Below are positions 28,357 to 37,400 of a stretch of 64,000 nucleotides of DNA, in pieces. How positions within the stretch are numbered: the stretch's first letter is position 1; every line of letters starts with the position of its first letter. The stretch comes from Nitrospiria bacterium (GTDB taxonomy: Bacteria > Nitrospirota > Nitrospiria > JACQBZ01): NCBI GenBank assembly GCA_035498035.1, contig DATKAN010000061.1, positions 19,720 through 83,719 of the forward strand. Reading direction: 5' to 3'. The notes under the pieces were generated by a model. It ran no database searches. It worked only from the letters and a program-made list of their open reading frames with translations, and was not told the origin of the DNA. The translations under genes and the position numbers were made by a program.

Positions 28357-28384
28357 AGTTTACATAATATACATTATCAGACAT
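28357..28384 (-). other. dif: XerCD dif site (chromosome dimer resolution)
   Basis: Minus strand ATGTCTGATAA-TGTATA-TTATGTAAACT, an 11-6-11 layout closely matching E. coli dif GGTGCGCATAA-TGTATA-TTATGTTAAAT; intergenic. Confidence 0.92.
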
Positions 28385-28411
28385 TATTAAGATCGAAAGA
28401 GCGGAACTGAA

Positions 28412-28984
28412 ATGAAACAGGTTGGTTTTAAAACTTTCGGTCAATGGCTATCAAGTCAGATGGCCGCGGCTAAATTGTCTCCGGACCAGCTTGCAAGCTC
28501 TTTACGATATCCGAGCGCCCAATCCATCAAGCGGCTCTGTGACAATCAATCGCGTCTTGAAATGAAGGACTGGCCTACCGTTGCCAAACTTTTACAAATA
28601 CGGCTCGATGAATTTTTGATCGTACTGGAATACTTCCATCCGGATTGGGTTTCGGAATATGAAGAGTTCATTTCCAACTGTCTACGCTATCTGTTGTGGC
28701 GCGTAGAACAGAATCAACAATTCCCTGTCCCCTTGCCCGAGTTATTATTGAGCGTCACGATGAATGAAATCGTCGAACCGGCCTGCGCCGATCGATACGT
28801 TTCGATCGAAAACCGCCGCAAGGCCGACCGAAGAATGACGAAGGTGGAACCCGAAAGAGACAATCGCTCCCGACCACGGCGACTCACCGATCTGATCCAT
28901 TACCTAAAAAATCAAATCGGACTCCTCACGGTAATCAGTCTCTTCACTTCGGGTGCCACTGTGTTGCAGGGCTGGGTTTTCTAA
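28412..28984 (+). CDS. Hypothetical protein with a possible N-terminal XRE-like HTH and a C-terminal hydrophobic helix
   Basis: FGQWLSSQMAAAKLSPDQLASSLRYPSAQSIKRL helix pattern; Arg-rich RRKADRR segment. Confidence 0.5.
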   Translation: MKQVGFKTFGQWLSSQMAAAKLSPDQLASSLRYPSAQSIKRLCDNQSRLEMKDWPTVAKLLQIRLDEFLIVLEYFHPDWVSEYEEFISNCLRYLLWRVEQNQQFPVPLPELLLSVTMNEIVEPACADRYVSIENRRKADRRMTKVEPERDNRSRPRRLTDLIHYLKNQIGLLTVISLFTSGATVLQGWVF

Positions 28985-29559
28985 TGAAGCTGACCCAGCG
29001 TTTCCGTCGAGAAATCGGCCTGGCCTGGACCGCCATCGAAAAGTTGGTCGTGTCGACCGCCGAACAGACCTCCCGCCAGATTGAGACCCTGCGTTTATCT
29101 TTCCAGATCCACGAACAGGAACAAGCATTGGACGCGGTCTTCGAACATATGGGACGGTTTTTATATGAGTTCCGTGAAAAAAACACGGAGGCAATCCTCG
29201 CCCATGCCGTTTCTCAAACTTGTCTTTCGGATTTCAACCGTCTTCAAGGCCAGCTCAAGTTCATGGAGCGGAGACGATATGACCTACAGGAAGAAAACGT
29301 CTCGACAAAATGGGCGGAGTTTGTCGAGTCGGTTTATCGAAACGGCATGACGCTTGATTCCCTCGTTCTTCCATTTAATTTAAATCCGCCCTCCCCGACC
29401 CTGCAATCCCTGGCGCTTCCTCAAGGCGTTCTGGTGATCGCGATTCAACGCCATGGGAAATTTATTCAACCGCATGATGGCGTGTTGCTCCAACGAGGCG
29501 ATCGATTGACATTGCTTGGTCCTCCGCAACAAATCATTCAAGTCCTGGGGCGATTTTAA
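28984..29559 (+). CDS. Coiled-coil protein with C-terminal TrkA_C (RCK_C) domain
   Basis: LQSLALPQGVLVIAIQRHGKFIQPHDGVLLQRGDRLTLLG matches the TrkA_C pattern; translationally coupled to the upstream gene. Confidence 0.7.
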   Translation: MKLTQRFRREIGLAWTAIEKLVVSTAEQTSRQIETLRLSFQIHEQEQALDAVFEHMGRFLYEFREKNTEAILAHAVSQTCLSDFNRLQGQLKFMERRRYDLQEENVSTKWAEFVESVYRNGMTLDSLVLPFNLNPPSPTLQSLALPQGVLVIAIQRHGKFIQPHDGVLLQRGDRLTLLGPPQQIIQVLGRF

Positions 29560-29588
29560 ATGCCGCGAGGATCGACGATCGATTTTGG

Positions 29589-29669
29589 CTTTCCACAAAA
29601 TTTGTGGAAAAGTTGTGGTTAACCCTGTTAATATACCCCTTGAGGGCTTGAACAGAGCGGCTTTGCACA
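29589..29669. promoter_or_regulatory. Cluster of DnaA-box-like 9-mers, including a 21-bp palindrome
   Basis: CTTTCCACA (29589, +), TTTTCCACA (29603-29611, -; fits TTWTNCACA), TTAACCACA (29614-29622, -), CTTTGCACA (29661, +). Confidence 0.45.
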
Positions 29670-29848
29670 CATTGCATAAAAAATGTGCAGTGAAATATTC
29701 GTGAAATTGAAAGGTTCAGAGGTTCACGGTTAAATTCTTTCGGATCATATCCGACCCCGTAAGCCATCCGGCTTGTATTTTGCTGGACCATTTGTTAAAC
29801 TGAAAACAGAAGGCGCAAAATTATTATTTCAGGTGAGGAGGATTCATA

Positions 29849-31249
29849 ATGGGTAGTAGTATGAAGGCTTCAGGACGTCGTTTGATTTCCGTGGGTATCA
29901 TCGCGGGCCTGTCGGCTTTATGGGTTATGACTCAATCCATGCCGGCCCAGGCCAAAGACAGCAACGGAATGAAGATGCTCCAAGAGATGGAAAATGTATT
30001 CGTGGATCTTGCGGAGCGCGTCAAACCGGCGGTGGTGAATATTTCTCCGGCCACACATCCCACACCCAAACAGGGCGATTCACCCCGTGGAGACCGTCCT
30101 CCGGAGAGTTCCGGATCCGGTTCGGGGGTGATCATCGATAAAAAAGGATACATCGTCACGAACAATCACGTGGTTGGCGATGCTTCTGAAGTGGAGGTTC
30201 GTCTTTCGGATAAGAGTCATTTTACCGGAAAAGTGATCGGTAAAGATCCGGACACGGATGTCGCCGTCGTCAAAGTGGAGTCCGACCATGATCTTCCCTT
30301 CGTTAAGATGGGGGACTCCAGCACGGTTCGGGTGGGACAGTGGGTTATGGCGGTCGGCAACCCATTCGGCCTGGATCGCACGGTAACGCTTGGGGTGGTA
30401 AGCGCCCTCGGACGCGAAAATGTCAACCTTTCCCGATATGAGGATTTTATTCAGACCGACGCCTCGATCAACCCCGGGAACAGCGGCGGTCCATTGTTCA
30501 ATCTGGATGGTGAAGTCATCGGAATCAATACCGCCATCATTAACTTTGCACAGGGCATCGGATTTGCCATTCCTTCCAGCATGGTCCAGAATGTGATGAA
30601 TCAGCTGATCTCCAAAGGGCACGTGGTGCGGGGCTGGTTGGGGGTGGGAATCCAACCGGTGACCTCCGATCTCGCGTCCAAGTTCAATGTCAAGGAGGAT
30701 GAAGGCGTTCTGGTGAACGAGGTATTCGAAGGCGATCCCGCTTCGAAGGCGGGAATGCAGCCGGGCGATATCATTCTCAAGCTGGATGGAAAAACGGTGG
30801 ACACCCCCCAGACCCTGTCCCGCATAATCGCATCCTTCCCGCCTGGAAAAGATGCGGCGTTTGAAATCATCCGGGACGGCCAACGTAAGAACCTGACCGT
30901 CAAACTGGGCGAGCGGAAAGAAGAAGCGGTTACGGCCTCGATTCCGAAGCAACAGCCCGAAATGGTACTGGGCTTGAACGTCCAGGACCTGACGCCGGAC
31001 CTGGCCGATCGTTTCAAGCTCAAGGACGAAAAAGGCGTATTGGTAACAAAGGTCGAGCCCGGCAGCTCGGCCGACTCGGAAGGCATCAAGGAAGGGGATC
31101 TCATCAAAGAGGTGAACCGGAACAAGGTGGAGAATTCGGACGACTTCCGGAATGCCATTGGAAAGGTGAAAAAAGGGGAAAGCGTTTTGATCCGTATCAT
31201 CCGTGAAGACCGCGCCTTTTACGTGGTTCTCAAAACAGATTCGGAATAA
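29849..31249 (+). CDS. Do/DegQ family periplasmic serine endoprotease with two PDZ domains
   Basis: Signal peptide, GSGVII, TNNHVV (His), DVAVVK (Asp), NPGNSGGPL (Ser), RGWLGVGIQ and a second PDZ. Confidence 0.95.
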   Translation: MGSSMKASGRRLISVGIIAGLSALWVMTQSMPAQAKDSNGMKMLQEMENVFVDLAERVKPAVVNISPATHPTPKQGDSPRGDRPPESSGSGSGVIIDKKGYIVTNNHVVGDASEVEVRLSDKSHFTGKVIGKDPDTDVAVVKVESDHDLPFVKMGDSSTVRVGQWVMAVGNPFGLDRTVTLGVVSALGRENVNLSRYEDFIQTDASINPGNSGGPLFNLDGEVIGINTAIINFAQGIGFAIPSSMVQNVMNQLISKGHVVRGWLGVGIQPVTSDLASKFNVKEDEGVLVNEVFEGDPASKAGMQPGDIILKLDGKTVDTPQTLSRIIASFPPGKDAAFEIIRDGQRKNLTVKLGERKEEAVTASIPKQQPEMVLGLNVQDLTPDLADRFKLKDEKGVLVTKVEPGSSADSEGIKEGDLIKEVNRNKVENSDDFRNAIGKVKKGESVLIRIIREDRAFYVVLKTDSE

Positions 31250-31263
31250 ATCGGTCTATTCCC

Positions 31264-31305
31264 AAAAAGCCCCGTTCAATTTCTATTGAACGGGGCTTTT
31301 TTTTT
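31264..31305 (+). terminator. Intrinsic terminator (probably bidirectional)
   Basis: AAAAA-GCCCCGTTCAAT-TTCT-ATTGAACGGGGC-T9. Confidence 0.9.
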
Positions 31306-31419
31306 GCAGAAATTTTACAGGTTGAAATAGCCTATGATATGATAAAAGAATGTCTTTATCCATTCGATCATGGAAGAATCCGTCCAGACCCTTTTATTCA
31401 TTTTTCCTTGAAAGGATCC

Positions 31420-34400
31420 ATGAAACGCTTCCGTTTTGATGTGATCGTCATCGGCTGCGGACCCGCCGGCGCCTCGGCTGCCGTGACACTGGCCCGGGCC
31501 GGACTGTCCGTTCTTGTATTGGAAGCCGGGGTTTATGCCGGCGCCGAAAACTGGTCCGGTTGCGTTTATTTCGCGGAAAACCTGGCGGAACCGGATGCAT
31601 TCGGAGAGGCCGCCGTCACGGCCGCCCCTTACGAACGCCGGTTGGTGCGTAGGGGAATATTCCTGCACAACGGGCTGGATCTGGTCGGTCTTTCCTATCA
31701 AAACCAAGATACCTTCCGTCATTGTTACACGGTTCTTCGTCCCGTTTACGATCCTTACTGGGCCGACAAGGTCCAGACCCAGGGAGCGATGCTGCTGCCG
31801 CAAACGACCGTCACCTCCCTGATCCGAAGGGGCGGTCGCGTGGTCGGCGTCGAAACCGAACACGGGCCGGTTTATGCCGACGTAACCTTTATCGCCGAAG
31901 GCGATGCGTCCCATCTCATCCGGCGTGAACGGTTGGAGCGCGTTAGCGAGCCCCACTTCATGCAAGGAGTTAAGGCGGTTCTCAGCCTTCCGCCGACCGT
32001 AATTGACGAGCGCTTCCATCTCTCCCCGGGAGAAGGCTGTGCCCATGAATACCTGATTCGGAACGGGCAGATGGGCGGACAGACGGCTCATCTGAACATC
32101 GGCGCCTTTCTCTACACCAATCGGGACAGCCTTTCGTTCGGTTACGTGGTACCGCTTGAAAACTTAAAAGAAGCTTATCGCGGCGACCACAGCCGCCTGC
32201 TTGAATGGCTACGCGGCCTCCCCCATTTTAAGCCGCTTCTAAAGGACGCCGCTTTATCGGCCTACGGAACCAAGCTGATTCGCAGCGGCGGCTTAAGAGA
32301 ACAACCGCTGCTTGTCGAAGACGGCCTTGCCGTCGGCGGCGCCGCAGCCGGCTTGGGGATCGATCTCCCCTATCCGAATTTCACAGGTCCTTCCTCGGCC
32401 AGCGGTCTGTTATTCGCCCGTGCCGTTCGCGGACTTCTCCATGACGGTCAATCAATCACGGCAGACCGCCTTCGGCAGAGTTATCTCGAGCCTTTGCAGG
32501 CCAGCGTCTACGGTCAAAATGCCGCGTTCTTGTCGTCTTGGCCCGAATATCTCGAAAACAGCCGGACCTTTTTCGGACGATCGGCCGACCTGGCCTGCGG
32601 ACTGGTCCATTTTCTGACCCAGCCGAATGCCCGCTTATGGCAGGCCGCCCGTTTCCTGCGAGGCCACCTGTCGATCCGGACGCTTCGGGAAGTTTTCGGA
32701 GACGCCGCGCATATGATCCGGGCATCGGGACTCAAGTCGGCGCTTTCCGCCAGCCTGAAACCTTATCTGCTGGGTCGATGGACGGCCGCTCTTTTCAGAC
32801 CGGGATTGAAGGCGCACCCCGGCTTTCAATTCCGGATCGAAATCCTGGACCGGCCGGCGGTGGATATTCAAAAATTTCCCTGGCCGCTCCGTCCTGTGCT
32901 GACGAGATTGTTGCCCGGGTTGGCCGAGGGGATGAAGATCGTCTACGCCAACGACGGCAGGCCTTTATCCGAGAAGTTCCGCGAGGCCTCCCGCAGCGTT
33001 CTCGAACGATTGAAAATTACCGATGGAATCACCCTCCCGGTCTTCGTTCTGTTCCTCGCGACTCTGGCTTTGGTGTCTGTTTTATTCGACTTCATCCGGT
33101 ACTACCTGTTCCGACAGCCGGTCGAGAAGGTTTTGGGCGGACCCGTAACGGATTACCTTCATACCCAACAAACGCTGAGGGACCTGGATCAGGCCAAGAC
33201 GGTCGATTCGTTCGAGGCGAAACTGGCCACCAATTCCTACCGTCTGGGACACCGTTCCCACATCCGCGTCCTCTGGCCGGAGGAGCTCGCGCATCACGGA
33301 GACCTGGCCCAATCCTCCCTCTGGTCGGTCTGCCCGGCACGGGTCTACCAGTACGATCCGCCCCTGGTCGGACGCGGCGTGGTAATGGTCAATTATGAAA
33401 ATTGCATCAAATGCGAATCGTGCTGGCATGCCGCGGGGGATCAAGTGCGCTGGGGACGGCACACCGATCATCGCCTGATCTACAGGCCCGACTCGGAATC
33501 CATTCAGATTCTATTGGGTCAAAAACCTCCATCGAGCCCCCCACGCCCCCCGCGCGAAGAATCGGGACCCAGACCCGATCCCAAGCCGGGGGTTTCCATA
33601 CAAGGCCCGCATCGAGAAATTCTTGCCGCCCTCTCCGATTCGCTCGCATCCGTTTTCCGGGCCGTTTGCGCGTTTGAGACCGCCGTGGAACACATCCCCG
33701 CCTCCGCCGATGCGACCCGACGCGAATGGCCCAGAAAAATTGGGGGGATGACGACCCAGCGGATGGGCGCGCTTGCATCCCTGCTCTCATCCGAAAAAAT
33801 AACCGAGGCGTTTTCGGTCTCCGGATTTTCGGATCGGATCAGGATGGAATGGCATCAGATTCTCCAGGAGGACGGAAAGGATCTCGAACTTCAGTTGTCC
33901 GCCGGGCAGGAGTTCCATGCCTTATCGGCGGCCCGCCGAATTCGGGAGGAGGTTGTCCGTCCGATGATCGAAGCGGTGGATGCCATCCTTCCGCCTTCCG
34001 ATGGAATGATGGGAGACCGGGACCGAAGGCCTCCCGAACCGAATCTTGGCGATCGGATCGCGGCGCTGTTTCCGGACCGCATCGTGAAAGAGTGGGAAAA
34101 TTCCCCGATCCCATCGGATGCCCGCGAACGGCTTCATTATCTTTTCATGGAATATGCCGATCGACCGACATCTTTGATTCGAGCTCTCTCGTCCACGAGT
34201 CCGGCCTTGGGACTGCTGGCCGCCGGCCACACCGAGGCCTTGACGATTCTCAGGCAAACGGGGCAGCCTCTCCGCGGGGATTTGTGCGCCATAGACGCTC
34301 AGGTCCTATCGATCCAAAACGCAAAGGAGGGTCCCATCATCGATGGGGTCGTCGAACTTGTCCCGCTCTCCCTATCCAAGGGGCTGTTGATCGTTTGTGA

Positions 34401-37400
34401 TAACGAAGCCTGGCAGGTTCCCCTTGGACAGCCGGGGCTTAAAACGACCCCGACGCCGGCCGTCGGGTTCCGATCGGCCGGACTTCATCGATTGGAATTC
34501 AAGGCTGTCAAGGCTCATGGACCGGCGCTTCCCGTCGGCGACGGTCGGCGCTTCGGGACGGATTATGCCGCCGTCGCCCTTGGAACGGCGGATTACCTGG
34601 CCCGTCGCGTCAAGGAGCATGCGGATGGCCGCGTGCAGTTCGCCCACCAGATGCGGGACACGCAGGGCAGGGACGGAATCGCCAAGCTGGGCGCGGTCAA
34701 GGCCATGATCGCACGCATCGAAGCCTGGCACCTCCTCCTCACCGTGCTTTTGGAGGAGGGCATCGATCCCGGCCCGCCGGAGCATTTCCCGGGATGGCCG
34801 GACCTCTGCGCGACGGTCGCGACCCTGGCCTTCGGGCCCCAGGCGGGACAAATGGGATACGACGCCGGCCAGGTCTTCGGAGGGTTTGCCTATTCCGAGG
34901 ACGATCTTCTGTCCCGCGCCTACCGGGACAGCGCATTGTTTCGGTTTCTGCCCGCGGGCTTCGGCGCCGCGGAACGCCTGATGCGCCGCCTTCAGGAAAA
35001 TCGCGACGCCCTTGAATCCGCGGTCGCCTCAAGGAACCGTCTGTGGAATGAAGTTCGAAAGGGCCCCTTGGCCGACACGGCGACACGATGGGATGAAACG
35101 ACTAAGCGCTGGATGGGGCTCTCCTCCGAATGCGATCCGGCCCTCTCCGGCGAGGCGGGCGCATTGCTGTTGGGGGCGCACCGGGTTCTGTGCCAGGTGC
35201 AGCAGAAACTCGAGCAGGCGCTTCCGGTCGAAGGAGAGGCGGCCTCGAGCGCGGTCGTGATCCATCTGGCCGAACAGGCCGTGGACGCGATGGAGTTCCG
35301 GCGGCGAGACTCTCCCCTCCTGCCCATCGCGGTTTTTCCGGAAAGGCCCGCGGCCGAGCGGGTGGAACTGCCAATGTCATACGAGGCGATCTGCAATCCT
35401 TCGTCCGCCGGATCATCCCAGCCTTATCAATCCGGTCAGTATTTGCTCGCGCCCCTTGATCCCTCGGTCCGCTTCGTTCCCGAAGTCCAATTGCACGATC
35501 CCTCGCTTCGCGATCGATGGCAGGGCTGCACCGACTGGTTCCTCGAGCATATCTGGACGAAGAGTTTCGATGGAATGCATATCGAAAGATATGTGGAGAA
35601 AATCCACGGAATACCGGACGGCACGCTCGAAGGGTTCAAGAAGAACGGATATTTTTCAACGGTCATTCCCTCGGAGCTGGACGGCGGCGGCTGGTGGAAG
35701 GCGGAATATTATATCCTGACGACGGCGGCCGGCCGTTTCGGCGACGCCGGTTTGTTGCTTGTGATCATGGCCAGCACCAGCATCGGAACGACGCCGATGC
35801 TCCTCGGACTGGAAAAGGAGCTGCCGCTTGCGGTCCAGGAGCTGGAACCGCTGGCCCGCGATCCGCAACAGCTCGGAGAGATCGGGGATCGCTTGGACCG
35901 GCTGATCGCCGGAATGAAACGGCCGGACCCCGCCCGTCTGAAAAAGGGGTTCACGGAATTGATGTCCCTCGTCGATTCGCGGATCCGCCACACCCGCGTG
36001 GTGAAATACCTGGCGGCGAATTTTCTTAAGACTTTTTACGCCGCCGCCATCGCGGGTCAACGCCGGGACCTGGAAGGATTCCGCCGGGGTCTGGCGGAGG
36101 CCAAACCCCTGTTTGACATCCTGGCGCCGACCATCCGGCTGGCGGTGGACGAATTGCCGCGACGCGAACGGGCCCATCAATTTTTCTTAAAGAAACTCGG
36201 GCACGGAGGAATCAGCGCCTTTGCCTTGACCGAGCCGACGGCCGGCTCCGACACCGGCGGGGTGAAGACCACGGCCCGTCCGATGAGCCGCCCCCTGACC
36301 TCTCTCGAGGATGGGCGCTATCGTTTCAGCTTGACGAATGATGAAACCCCAAATCATCCTTCGCTGCGTTACATCATCGACGCCGACCGGGTCCGCTTCG
36401 ACGACCGGTCCGGTCCGTCGGGAATGGTTTACGAGCTTCCCACGGGAGAGGGCGTTCCGATCCGATGCGACGAGTACAACTATGACACGGATGAGGGCCT
36501 GCGCTATTATGTTTTTCGTGGCCAAAAAATATATTTTCATGACATCGCCCAGATCCGGGTCCGAGACGGAAAACCGGTCTACGATTTCTACGAATTAAAC
36601 GGCGCCAAGATGTGGATCACCAACGGTCGCGTGGCCACGCAGTACTGTCTCTACGCCCAGTCACCGGAAGGGGTGACGGGCTTCATGGTGGACCGCCATG
36701 CCGAGGGATTGAAGGTCGGGGCCGATGAGCGGAAGATGGGCCAACGAGGCTCGCCCACGAACGAGATCGCGATCGACCAGGTCCGAGTTCCCAAGGAATG
36801 TATCATCGGCTATGAAGGCCACGGTCAGGTCAACGCGCTCGAGACGCTCAATGTCGGCCGCTGCGGACTGGCCGTCGCCTCGATCACGCTGATGCGAAAG
36901 CTTCTCCTCGACGCCATCGAGCAGGTTCCCTCGACCCCGCGGCGCGATCGGCTCCTGGGAGAAGCCGCGGCCATCCTGTTCGGATCGGATTCGATGACCT
37001 TTCACCTGGTCGGCCTCTTTGATCGTCATACGACCGAATCGGTCCGGATGGAATCGGCGATCGCCAAGTATGTCTGCTCGGAGGATCTGCACGAAGTGAT
37101 GACGTTGATCGAGGAGGCCTACGGCCCCGTCGGCGTCACCGAACGATACCGCGTAGAAAAGCTCCGGCGCGACTCCCGGATCCTGAATATCTATGAAGGC
37201 ACGAACGAGGTTCAGCGCTTCCTCATCCTGAAAGATCTCGTCGCCCTGTCGAAGGAATGGAAGCCGATCCCGTTTCCGGAGAATTCGGAGCCTCCGTCCC
37301 GCCTGGCCTTCTGGAAAGAACTGCTTCGCGGACATGTCGCGGCCGCCGCGGAACCTTTGGGCGACACCGTCTGGATGGACGCGGTGCTTCAGCCCACCTT

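Noticed and set aside
29589-29700. oriC interpretation of the DnaA-box cluster
   Set aside because: Upstream housekeeping genes point toward the site, a dif site is adjacent, and no dnaA/dnaN is present.
31339-31419. ORF-track N-terminal extension of the giant protein
   Set aside because: It is low-complexity, AT-rich leader sequence. The FAD-binding motif begins right after ATG 31420, which has an SD.
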